From: Eledone cirrhosa
Lineage: Eukaryota
Direction: 5' to 3'
Assembly: GCA_964016885.1 (NCBI GenBank)
Contig: OZ024747.1
Location: 19,406,001-19,470,000 of the forward strand
DNA: 64,000 nt
This document shows, one piece after another, positions 39,599 through 51,995 of the stretch (its first letter is position 1; each line of letters opens with the position of its first letter). Made by a program: the position numbers and the translations under genes. The notes under the pieces are model-generated. The model was not told where the DNA came from. It saw only the letters and a program-made list of their open reading frames with translations, and searched no databases.

Positions 39599-39816
39599 TC
39601 CTTCTTACAAATATCATTTCCTAAAACTGATACCATTAAGTAAACATATATAATGCTTTAACTTCAGGTTATGACTCTATGTTCCTTGAAAACTATATAT
39701 ATTTACTATTTCTCACTAATAAATTTAATCCCCCCCCCCAATAATTATATGTATATATAAGTGTATATGTGTGTCTATATATATGTGTATGTATGTATGT
39801 ATGCATGTATATATCT

Positions 39817-39847
<31 letters not shown>

Positions 39848-39853
39848 TATGTG

Positions 39854-39890
<37 letters not shown>

Positions 39891-39940
39891 ATGTGTGTGT
39901 GTGTATGTGTATATATATGTGTATATATATATATATATAA

Positions 39941-39998
<58 letters not shown>

Positions 39999-40034
39999 AT
40001 GTGTATATATATGTATATATATATATATGTATAA

Positions 40035-40074
<40 letters not shown>

Positions 40075-40705
40075 TTTATATTCTTTTAATTTCCCCTCAT
40101 CTTTAACAGCACTTTTCAACTGCATCTAACTCTTATTTATCATATCTATATGTATTAGTATAATTTTATCAATATAAATATACCCATCAATTAAATTAAT
40201 TTATATTCTTTTCATAGATGTATTTTTTTCACTAACATTCTTATCTTAAAACTTTAGTCACCTTAGATATTTGTACTGGCATTACTATTTTATAACAGCA
40301 ACTGCTTGTATACCTTTTATTGACCACCTGACCTATTTTCACCCCTAAAATAAGCTTCAATTACTACTATTTTACCATTTGGCCAATTATTAACTTTCTA
40401 TTGGTTAATTCTAAACCTCTTACCAAACAGACAGAATATATTAGATCTTTGTTGGTTTTATTAAATGAACAAATTAAATTATTTCTGAGGTCAGCTTAAG
40501 ACCTATTTCTTCCCTAAAATAATCCTTCATTCATAATATTCTTTTCCATCCAAAACTGTAATCTACCTTCCTCTACCCATAATTTAAGGTTCTTCTACTA
40601 CTATATTACTATCCTGACCCTCACTATCTCTCTATTGGTCAATTCAAAACCTGTTCCCAAACAGACCTATTGTATTGAATCTTTGTTTTTTTCAATAAAC
40701 AAATA

Positions 40706-40847
40706 TCATTATTTCTGAAGACAGCATATATATGTGTAGGTATGTATATTCCCTCTGATAGTTTGTATAAATATTGTACATAGATCTATAGAATATGCAT
40801 ACCAACTCTAACACATATATATCCTAGAAACGATCGTAAAATGCTGA
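40706..40847 (+). ncRNA. Hammerhead-like motif with about 105-nt stem II insert (right arm)
   Basis: CTGAAGA at 40715, GAAA at 40827, palindromic CGATCG; stem II base ATATATATGTGT/ACACATATATAT. Confidence 0.55.
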
Positions 40848-40896
40848 ATTTTTTTAATATAAGGAACTGTTTCTTTGTTTATTCATTATTTTATTA

Positions 40897-40950
<54 letters not shown>

Positions 40951-41025
40951 TATATCAAGCGTTAACCTAATATATACCTTCCATATACTGTTCCGATTGT
41001 GTTGTTATTTCTGTTTACCTTTTAT

Positions 41026-41074
<49 letters not shown>

Positions 41075-42656
41075 GTGAAAAATGGAACGGGAACAAAACT
41101 GAGAGGCAGTACGAACAATGGTTTATTAGTTTCACGCTCTTGAGAGAGTGGGGGGGGGGACGTTTCGGGCATAAGCCCTTCTTCAGGCGAAAATTGTGTG
41201 GGAAGAGAGTTCCGAGGGTGTGTAGGGGAGTGGAGGAGAGACATTTAGAAAAAAAAGGGGGGGGGTGGAAGGGGTACAAATAAAAATAAATATAAAAAAA
41301 TAAAAATAAAAATAAACATGAAGATAAACAAGTGGTGGAAGGTTGTGGGTCGTGTAGGGGTGGTGGCGGGTGGAGTGGGGAGACGGAGGCGGGTTGTCCG
41401 AGCGGGGAGGGCTGTAGGTGGTGTATGTTGTAGGTGTACGTGTGTGTGTGTATGTGAATGTGAGAGTTGGGGGAAGAACGAGGTTTCAGGAAAAGGTGTG
41501 TGTGTGGGTGGGGTGTAGCACGGTGTGTGTGCGCGTGTGGATGGGGATGGGTCAGAGGGGTGGGAGAGGGGGGAGAGGATTCCGGAGGATGAGTGTGTAT
41601 ATATGTGGGGGTACGCACGTGTGTGTGGTGTTTATACGTATTGTAGATGTAGGTGGCGCGGTTCGAAAAAAAATGTTTGTGAGTGTATGTCCGTGGGTAA
41701 GTTCCTAATGTAGTTCCGTAGAGGGTATGGTGAGTTGCCGGATATTTTCCTTGTGATGGAGTTGATGATGGAACGATGGCGACTGGGGTGTAATCCGTGG
41801 TTGTGTTGGTCGGAAGAGGGGAGATGTGGGGTCGCGCAACAGGAACTGGTCATAGGGTCAAGACCGGAGGAGGGTAGAGGAGAATGACAGGTGGAGAGGG
41901 CTGTGTGCCTGTGTGTGCGGAGAAGTGGTCAGAGGTTCAAGGCAGAGCAGCAGTAGAGGAGGATGGCAGGTGGAGAAAGTCAGTGTGTCAGTGTGTGCGG
42001 AGGTGCGGTGGACAGGGGAGAGGATGGGTAGGTGTGAAAGGTGGAGTGTGGAGGGGGTCGTGCGGGGAGATGAAGTATGTATTAGTAGAGGTATTAGTGG
42101 GATGTGTGTGTGTGTGTGAAGGGGTGTGGGTGGAGATGGGAGGGGGGGGGGGGCGGTGATGGAGTGTAGTGTACTGGTGTGATTGTGTGCGTGTTTGGAT
42201 GAGTGTGTGTGTGGTGAAGGAGATGTTAGTGGGTGTTAGTATACTGGTGGTGGGGAAAGGGTTGAATGCGGGTGTGTTAGTGGGGGTCAGTGGTGGTATG
42301 GTGTGTAGAGTGGGTGGTGTAAGTGTGTGTGGGTGTGTGTGGGTGTGTGTGTGTGTTCGTGTGCATGGGGTCGGGGGATGAGTTAATATTGTTAGTTGGG
42401 GAGGGAGGTCGGAGTGTGGTGGGGGTGTTAGTATTGTTAGTTGTGGGGTGGGCGGTGAAAAGGAGGAGTGTGTTAGTGGTGCTAGTGGGGGATATGTGGG
42501 CGGGGGTGGAGGAACAGAGCGTCGAAGGCTAAATGAATAGGGGTGGGGAGTTTAGGCCGGGGGGAGTGTGGGTCTGTAGGGTGAAAGTAGCGGGCGATGG
42601 GGAACTCCCGCCGAGCCGAATATCCCGGAGGTGTTCGGTGAAACGGTCCGCCAGGC

Positions 42657-42660
<4 letters not shown>
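41075..42660 (-). mobile_element. Penelope-like element: deleted GIY-YIG C-terminus, C/A-rich 3' region, HHR and tail
   Basis: Minus 42660-42529 reads CRLADRFTEHLRDIR...FTLQTHTPPGLN..* (GIY-YIG R..EH and P.GLN motifs). HHR at 41159-41186. (TA)n on both sides. Confidence 0.75.
41159..41186 (-). ncRNA. Minimal hammerhead ribozyme core
   Basis: CTGAAGA-A-GGGC TTAT GCCC-GAAACGTC; stem I not intact. Confidence 0.65.
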
Positions 42661-42709
<49 letters not shown>

Positions 42710-43028
42710 GGGGTAACAAATAATAGTTAAATGCGGTCCACTTAGGTAAAGTCCAGTTATGGTATTCCAGGTAGTGGATGATATTAACGCTTGGCTTGGT
42801 TTGACTCAACAAGGCGTTTTCATAGTGATGCTGCGGGTATGCCGTAATTCCTATGTTGTAAACACTTGGAGTAACAATAAATCAGGAAAGAAGGTTGACA
42901 TGGTTTGCTATACAAAAAAGGTTTTTAATCTCATAGCTGACAATTGTTTCTCTGAACTGGTAGGTCTAGAGATCGCTATTCGCTTATTTAAGGAATAAAA
43001 CCTTCGACATATTTATTTTCTTACATTA

Positions 43029-43827
43029 GGAATAAAACCTTCGACATATTTATTTTCTTACATTACCTACTAGTAGGATCGATCTTAGATATTATACAAT
43101 CAAAACATTTGTTCGTTATTGTTTTTAAAAGATTTTATATCATATCAAAATAGGTTAGCTTAAGTTCATAAACATTCGTAAAATATTTTGGTCACACACA
43201 CGGATATCAACGCATACATAATTCACTTCCAGTCGCAAACCTACACCCATACATGCTTATTTATTATATATATATATAGAGATAAATATATATATATATA
43301 TATATATAGATAAATATATATATATATATATCCGGAATTCTTACGTGACAACACGAACGCACACACATGCACATACATACACACACACAGACAGGCAGAG
43401 AGACAGGCACACACACACATAGACATACACACACACTCATATACATATATACATATATGGTGGAGTGTACTGCTTCCCAAAATACATGTCATGCGGGAAT
43501 TAAGTAAATTGTATACCTTGAACTAAAATTAGTTTATTTTAATCTGTACATATTCTTTTCCTTAACAATTTCTTCGTTGAGTTGGGAACATGTAATAAAA
43601 TATGGAATAAAACCTTCGACATATTTATTTTCTTACATTACCTACTAGTAGGATCGATCTTAGATATTATACAATCAAAACATTTGTTCGTTATTGTTTT
43701 TAAAAGATTTTATATCATATCAAAATAGGTTAGCTTAAGTTCATAAACATTCGTAAAATATTTTGGTCACACACACGGACATCAACGCATACATAATTCA
43801 CTTCCAGTCGCAAACCTACACCCATAC
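43029..43827 (+). repeat. About 225-bp near-identical direct duplication (43029-43252 and 43604-43827), with an extra 37-bp tandem copy at 42992
   Basis: Direct comparison. Confidence 0.9.
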
Positions 43828-44358
43828 ACGCTTAAACATATACACACAAATAGATAGTTCCCCTCACTATTTCAGACCAGATTTAAATCAATATTTAACA
43901 AAAGATTGTAGTTGAAAATATTTTATTAAAAACGTAATCTCTGGAAATTTAATATTCTTTATATTTCTCTTAAATTAATTAAGTTATGGTAGAAACGTGG
44001 AGATAATGACGATCTAAGACATACTTAAAAGAAGTTGATATTAATAATCAGAAATGAAGTAAATGTTATTCAATATTTATCCAATTGTATTGTTATTTAT
44101 TTGGCCATATCTCGAGGATTAATTTGTAAAATTTCAATAGATGTTTATGGAATGTTCATATTACGTCTGCGTATGACGGATTCTAAACATAGAGACACTT
44201 GTTTGTTATTTTCCATTCAATCAGCACACACAGAAATATATATTCATACAAACATATATGTATATATATATATATATATATACACACACATACGCATATA
44301 TAAACATATATGTATATATACACACACACACACACATATATATATATACAGGCATATA

Positions 44359-44461
<103 letters not shown>

Positions 44462-44584
44462 GTGAGTTTTTTTTACAAAATGAAAAATAACCGAGGTGTC
44501 CTAAACGAATGAAAGTATAAAGAAAAAAAAGATGAAATCGAAAATGCAACTGGAGTCTTATTTAAAAAAATATATATATATATT

Positions 44585-44630
44585 TATTTGGTTCCTTTAC
44601 CGGTTTCGCAGTTCTTCTGCTTTTCAAAAG
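44585..44630 (-). ncRNA. Degenerate HHR-like motif in a (TA)n-flanked segment
   Basis: CTT-TTGAAAA-GCAG AAGAA CTGC-GAAA-CCGG-TA-AAG; core mutated. Confidence 0.3.
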
Positions 44631-44815
44631 TAGAGTTGAGATGGAGGGTCTGTGGTTTTTCTATTTATATATATATATATATGTGTGTACAGACAGACAT
44701 AAATATATACATATACATATATATACAATTATGTCAATAATTAGTTGTGTTTTTATGTAAAAGTAATTTAAATGTACTTTCGTAAATATTTATTTATATA
44801 TTTATTCCTATATAT

Positions 44816-44885
<70 letters not shown>

Positions 44886-44889
44886 AAAT

Positions 44890-45564
44890 GGAGAGAAGAA
44901 TACTGCATGTTCCACATGGATAATATGTTATAAAATGAGTCCCTCATCAGTGATTTGCCAACGATTATAGATATTTCATTGCATTAAAAATCATATACCT
45001 CACGTTGGTGCAATAATAACTAAATTAAGTTATTAGGACAATTAAAACGCGTAAAGCGAGTGACACAAGTAAACAACAAAGAGGAAAGCTAACCGTAGAT
45101 AGGTAGGGAACAAGCTACATAGTTATTCTGTTAGCATAAGCTAGGTGAATATATGAGCGCTTAGAAAAAAGACCTTTCGAGATGAATCCAAATGTAAGAA
45201 AGAAGGAAAATGTATTCGTCGCGAACGGGGTGAAGTGAGAAGGGGAGAAACAGTGAGTGAGTGAGTGGAAGTGTGAGGAAGAGTTAACTGACATGACAGA
45301 TGGGGCGAAAGAAAGTAGGAGAAACAGAGAGAACGAGGGAGCAGTAAGAGAGAGAGAGAGAAAAACAGAATCGCAGTTTAGGTAAATATATGTGAACAAA
45401 TGGGGAGAAGAATACTGCAGGTTGCACATGGATAACATGTTAGAAAATGAGTCCCTCATCAGTGATTTGCCAACGATCATAGATATTTCATTGCATTAAA
45501 AATCATATACCTCACGTTGGTGCAATAATAACTAAATTAAGTTATTAGGACAATTAAAACGCGT
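44890..45564 (-). mobile_element. Element with about 160-bp direct repeats (44890-45052, 45403-45564) containing CTGATGAGGGA; pLTR-like
   Basis: Direct comparison. Partial HHR core on the minus strand; adjoins (TA)n. Confidence 0.5.
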
Positions 45565-46597
45565 TGAAAAGGTAACACACTAGAAAGAGATAGTGTGCCA
45601 TCAATAAAACAGGGAAAACCAGCAGTGTATGGAATCTATAATCTATGGAATGCAGGGTAGACACAATAATTAAAAATATAAATAAAAATAAAAATGTATA
45701 TACGCACCTCTATAACTATATAACACACGCGTACAAATCCAAAGAGATCTGTTTCGCCAGGAAATTGTTGACTGAAATGGAATAGCCTATGGTTCATCAG
45801 CGCGAGCAAGACTATACATTCCAGAGAATCTAAAGCGACCGTCCAGCTACACGCGGCAGAGAGATGTCACAGCGTGTTTAGGGCAGTGAACCAGTGGTCT
45901 CTGAAGGACGAGCTGCTACAAAGGGCAGCCCCAAAACCTCTATCTCTCTCTAGTGTGTTACCTTTTCAACATATTGTATTTTAAAGAGCTCAGGATTCCT
46001 TTTCCTTTGAGCACATTATTGACGGAATAACAAGAGTCTATGGCTCCGTTAATTTATCGTGATATTTCGCTCCTTATAACAGTCTTTCCTCTCTCTCTGT
46101 TTGGTTGAGCACACTTCTTTGAGTTGTTTTGGGGCTGCCCTTTCTAGCAGCTCGTCCCTCAGATACCACTGGTTCACCGCCCTAAACACGCTGTGACATC
46201 TCTCTGCCCCGTGTAGTTGGACAGACGCTTTAGATTCTCTTAGAGTTGTCTGAAATGTATAGTCTTGCACGCGCTGATGAACCATATTCTATTCCATTTC
46301 AGTCAACAACTTCCTGGCGAAACAGATCTCTTTGGATTTGTACGCGTATGTTATATAGTTATAGAGGTGCGTATATACATTTTAATTTATATTTTTAATT
46401 ATTGTGTGTCTACCCTGCCTTCCATAGAGTATAGATTCCATACACTGCTGGTTTTCCCTGTTTTATTGATTTGCACACTATCTCTCTCTAGTGTGTTACC
46501 TTTTCAACTTATTGTATTTTAAAGAACTCAGGATTCCTTTTCTTTTGAGCACATTATTGACAGGGAATAACGAGAGTCTATGGCTCCGTTAATTTAT

Positions 46598-46604
<7 letters not shown>
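45563..46604 (+). mobile_element. PLE-like composite: inverted arm, partial arm + tail, full arm + tail
   Basis: 45563-45937 is inverted relative to about 46126-46508. The tail is duplicated at 45940-46065 and 46478-46604. HHR-like CTGATGA..CCA/TGG..GAAAC-AGATCT at 46274-46329. Confidence 0.65.
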
Positions 46605-46629
<25 letters not shown>

Positions 46630-46633
<4 letters not shown>

Positions 46634-46846
46634 TAATAAAAACAATGAAATAAAAACAAAGAACAGGTTCCTTATATTGAAAAAAAAAAATCCTCATTTT
46701 ACGATCGTTTCTGGGATATATATGTGTGTTGGTATGTATATCATAATAAAGATCTATGTAACAAAATATTACAAAATTTATCTTGACTCTGTTTCTCTAT
46801 CGTTACATTTTGAATGCATGTTCTCTACCGTTTATTTTGGTAGATT

Positions 46847-46850
<4 letters not shown>
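46630..46850. mobile_element. Miniature derivative of the Naiad-like PLE (tail-less arm + tail)
   Basis: 46630-46775 matches 36757-36895, and 46775-46850 matches the reverse complement of the 36619-36760 tail. Another tail piece lies at about 17156-17195. Confidence 0.65.
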
Positions 46851-46891
<41 letters not shown>

Positions 46892-46893
<2 letters not shown>

Positions 46894-47083
46894 CAAAGGA
46901 ATTGTGGTAAGGAACCAGATGGACCATAACGCACCAGCGTACTCAATACTTAGGGTAGTAGAGTGGGAAATAGGAAAAAGTATGACCCCGACGGCAGAGC
47001 TCAAGCCGTTTCGACGGCTATTTCTGGACGCGAAATAGCCGTCGAAAAGGCTTGAACTCTGCCGTCGGGGTCATAATTTTTCC
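46892..47083 (-). mobile_element. Family A hairpin mini-element (most complete copy)
   Basis: About 80-bp tail plus about 50-bp inverted arms around TTTC-TGGACGC-GAAA, in (TA)n. Confidence 0.85.
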
Positions 47084-47099
47084 TATATATATATAGAGA

Positions 47100-47162
47100 G
47101 AGATAATTTAATATATCTACTAACATAAGCGCACAGATGTAAGTAGATATATTAAATTATCT
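47100..47162. repeat. AT-rich hairpin AGATAATTTAATATATCTACT...AGTAGATATATTAAATTATCT
   Basis: Direct reading. Confidence 0.8.
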
Positions 47163-48412
47163 ATATTTATCTCAAAATCACTGATTTGTCGAGCAAACCT
47201 GCCAAAACCACTTCTAAATTTTTTTGGGGGTGTTAGTAGGCGTCTGTCATCTTACCATCCCATTCCTACTGACTAGCCTCTGTGTCACGTGATTGATTCT
47301 TTAGAATCGGCCATTTGACCAGAGGCAGCGAGGATTTCAGTGCATGGAATTTAGTCCCCGCTAGCTGTTCCATCTACCGAATTATTATTATTTTTATATG
47401 AGTCCCCAGTGTCCGCGCATTGCCTGGAGACTTAACTGAGAATAGACTCCCTGATGACGCAATGAATTCTCGACAGTTAGATTACGTAACTGTCTTTATC
47501 ACATTGCAGAAACTAATTAGTTGGAGTGAAAATTTAAGTAAGTTAAAATTTTTTAAAAAACTTTTTTTTTTAAATTTTCTTATTTTACGTCTTTTATATA
47601 TATATATATGGGGTAACAAGTTATCGTTACTCTTCATTCCTTCACTATATATATCTATATATTTGTCTGTCCCTCACTCACTCACTCACTCACTCACTCA
47701 CTCACTCACTCACTCACTCTCTCTCTCTCACTCTCACTCTCACTCTCTCTCTCTATATATATATATAATATATATATATACATATATGTATATATATATA
47801 TATTTATATTATATATAAATATGTATATATTCATTCATATATAATCATGTAGTACCAGTCAAACTGCATTACTATAACTTTTATATGAACTCTAGCGATA
47901 AATTGAGTTGAAATTCATACAAATTCTACAAACACAATTAGGGAAATATCGTTGATTCACAGAGGAGTCTAGTAGAACATTTTCATGAGCTGTAAAAACT
48001 AAGGGAACCACTGACCTTTTAGGTGGGCAGCGTACTTTACGTATTAGATTAAATATATTTTCCAGAACACACCAAAGACGTAGAATTATATGAAATTAAC
48101 ACACTCTGTATGAATACATTATATTAATGAGCTACATGAAATTAATACTGGTATTCTGTGATGTATCGTTATATGTAGGATATGAATAATTTGTGGTTAA
48201 CTATCGAAAATGAAACAAACAAATTTTAAATAGTAATTTCGCAAATATTTACAAATCGATTAAAATGTGTGCACCATTACCTTCTATAAGAAACGATTAC
48301 GAATAAATTGCATAAATATAGCAGACACGTTATGAAGACCATAAAACATTGAAAATAAATAAATTAATATGACTAATTGACAATGATTTTAATTAACCTT
48401 ATTTTTTTGATA

Positions 48413-48540
48413 GGCGGTGAATTGGCAGAGTCGTTTGTTCGTCGGATAGAATTCTTTGTGGTATTTCAACCAGCTCTTCTGCGCTCAGAATTCAAATCCC
48501 GCCTTTTATCCTTTTGTGGTCGATAAGAAAGCACCAGTTC
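48413..48540 (+). mobile_element. Old SINE related to S1
   Basis: GGCGGTGAATTGGCAGAGTCG..TTCAAATCCCGCC..TCCTTTTGTGGTCGATAA. Confidence 0.6.
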
Positions 48541-49585
48541 ACTATTTTATCGATTCTTCCTCTATATCACTTTTTCACTTCCTCTCCATCATTCACTATC
48601 TCTGGAAGAAATCTGATGTGTTCAAACCTTGAAAGAAGGTGGGCTCTGTCAGGTTTAAAAAAAAGAATTCCTAAGAAACACTGAATGTCACTACGGCTCC
48701 GTTAAGAGTTATAGTAAGAAAAGAAATCTTGATATGTAGCAACAACGATTTCTACTTAAGACTTTCTAGTTGATATATAACCGTAAGTTAAATGAATTGA
48801 CATGTGCAGATTATGAAAATAGGCAGTTGAATGGTATTACTCCAAAGTAAAGATTCGCTGTTTGGATATATATATTGGGTTGCTCATTTCTACAACATTC
48901 AACAGGAGTACTAGAATAGGAGTAAATATATCCGTATGATTAAATATCACGTTTAATACAATACTCGAATATTTGAAACAATGTGTCATGCATAAAACAG
49001 CATGTTGTACAAAAATGCTGAATATTGGATTGAATAAATAAACTGCTATGTTGAAACGGACAGAAACCTTCCCAACTCGCAAGCGTAGTCACGCTGGAAA
49101 TAGATACAAAACGATGTCATATATGTGGCAAAATGAAAACCAAATAGATACAAATGAAAATAAACTATAACAGGAATTATCAAGAAAAAGAATTCAGACT
49201 CCAACATGAAATGAACCATCAGCTAGTAAGCAATCAATCTCATTGTTTCGAGCACTTCAATCATAAAGAATCTAAGCTGCAGGCAGCGACAGAATAGCGT
49301 TGCGGGAATTTGAATATTGGAAATTATGCACGTACTATCAAACTGATATAAAAATAGGTAATGGAATCAATAGACTACAAAGTATCAATCGTCTGGGATA
49401 AGTCTGTCTGCAATAACAAAATAATAAAAAAAAGCAAACGACGCTGATGTCATTATCAAGGACCATCAATCAAAAAAGTGTATTTTTACTAGATATAACA
49501 GACCTTGACAAACCAAACTATAACCTTTAACAAACAGTAAAATTATTCAAAGTTATATATATATAAATATATCGAATGTAGATAT

Positions 49586-49768
<183 letters not shown>

Positions 49769-50982
49769 TATTTATTGTATGTGAATGTGTGCGTCTGTAT
49801 TTTCATTAGCACCTCCCTAGCCTAAATCAGAACTGCAGTCCCTTGCCACTGTTCATATCCTTATATAAATAATAAGATTTCTTGTTACATAATTAGGTTT
49901 TCTTGATTATCAGTATTTTTGTTTGTGATTCAATTTCCTACCATATATAAAGTGTCTGAATGGTTAAAATGTTTGCTTGGCAATCATTAAATCTCAGATC
50001 TGACTCTACTGTGTAGCATCTTAGGTCGGTGTCATTGCCCAAGGTAGACCCATGCATTGTGAGTGAAATTGAGTAAATTTACTGTTATTTAAGTGAATAT
50101 CTAAGTTTCAGATTTCAAGTCCTACTGATGTTTATTTAATATTTCATCCTTCAGGGATCTGTACCATAAGTAATAATTAAGATGTAATCGGATATAACCA
50201 TAACATGGACGTGATGTCTGTCTGTAAATATGCTACAATTGAATTTTACAATAATAACCTTGTAATGCATCTTAATGTTGTTCAGAGGAATATAGTATAT
50301 AAAAGCACAGTATAGATTCTATTGTATAGCTACAAGATTTGTGGTTTCAGTATGAAAACATTCGAAATGTAGTAATGGAATTGAGTTGAATTTCACTGCA
50401 GTAAATGGTATAATTTCTAATATACTATGAAAAGGTGTTATAGATATCCATTAAAAAATTTGCTACAGAAAATGTGTGGTTTGTGTTAAACACTAGAAAT
50501 TATTATAAATATTATAATTTCAAACTTTTCACTCATTATATTTGTGTGATACTAAAATAAAAAATACATTTAGAGGGGAGTGAATAAAATTGCTACCATC
50601 ATTCGTTATGTGGGTTACAAAAGCTTTTAATGATTACCACTTCGTAGAGAATATTCATAAGCTTTTTATTGATGTTGTTTTTCTTCATCCAAAACGGCAT
50701 ATAGAATATTTCTGAATTAAAAACCCATTTGACAGCATTTATATGAATATTCCGTTAAACGAATATGCTATATAAAAACGACAACAAAACAGGAAACATT
50801 TTTTATATATATATATATATATATATACACTCTCACAAATTTCACACACACGCATTTATACATATAATTCTGAGCATACATATAAGTTTCTGTGTGTATG
50901 TATATATGTATCTAAAACCCACTATTATCGACACACATCTAAATATATATGTATATATAAACGTATGTATATATATATATAT

Positions 50983-51013
<31 letters not shown>

Positions 51014-51080
51014 CTATACATAAATATATACGAATATATATGTATGTACGTATATATGTATATATATCTGTGTGTGTGTG

Positions 51081-51133
<53 letters not shown>

Positions 51134-51231
51134 ATTATTATTATTACCAGTAATGCACTGGATAATTGCTGGCCTTGTGCCAAAAGTAGAAACAATTATT
51201 ATTATTATTATTATTATATATATATATAAAT

Positions 51232-51420
51232 ATATAGAAGAGCTTCTACAGGACTAGAACTGTTTCATTTGTGAGAAATCATCAGCGAGCTTCCTGATGA
51301 TTTCTCACGAATGAAACAGTTCTAGTCCTGTAGAAGCTCTTCTATATTAAAACTGTTATACTCTGCTATGTATTGAGTACCATACTTACTGTGGTTACCT
51401 CCGATTCAACCCGGAATAAC
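51232..51420 (+). mobile_element. Family C hairpin mini-element with an HHR-like core in both arms
   Basis: Inverted arms of about 52 bp containing CTGATGA-TTTCTCACGAAT-GAAAC, then an approximately 75-bp tail. Flanked by (TA)n. Confidence 0.75.
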
Positions 51421-51459
<39 letters not shown>

Positions 51460-51602
51460 AATATATATATATATATATACATACACACACACACATATAT
51501 ATATGTATATATGTGTGTGTGTGTATACATATATATACATATATATATATATGTAAACACACATGTATATATATATATATTATATATATATATTATACAT
51601 CC

Positions 51603-51662
<60 letters not shown>

Positions 51663-51811
51663 CATCCGCATGAGAAATGGTGTTGAATGTAGATTGGTGT
51701 GTAGGCGTGGTGTTCGGGTCAATATAGATGAAAGACATAATTTTTTTTCCTGGACATAAATATGAATATATTTCTGTACGTTTTCACATTCTTTATATGT
51801 TGTTAATGTAA

Positions 51812-51995
51812 TAACTGCTTCTACTTTTGGCACAAGGCCAGCAATAACCCAATACATTACTGGTACTTTATTTTATCGACGCCTTAAGGATGAAAGGCAA
51901 AGTTAACCTCGGCGGGATTTGAACTCAAACCATAAAGGGGCGTAACTCTTTGCAGCAAAGCATAGCGTCAGACCCTCTACCGATACTGCCAATCC
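51812..51995 (-). mobile_element. SINE S1
   Basis: S1 sequence. Confidence 0.88.

Larger units (their letters stand above)
36619..40900. mobile_element. Penelope-like element (Naiad-like) with large inverted pseudo-LTR arms
   Basis: 36757-38174 is an inverted repeat of 39692-40900. It encloses a GIY-YIG fragment and a 112-bp tandem array. An unpaired tail lies at 36619-36756 and both arms carry an HHR-like motif. Confidence 0.8.

Noticed and set aside
38190-39600. Selenocysteine TGA before YIG, and SECIS or HHR in the 112-bp unit (CTGATGA)
   Set aside because: The TGA sits at a frameshift/deletion, ATGA-to-AA spacing does not fit a SECIS by eye, and no GAAA core follows.
41318-42730. + strand Val/Gly/Cys-rich ORFs
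   Set aside because: They come from the low-complexity antisense strand of a PLE 3' region.
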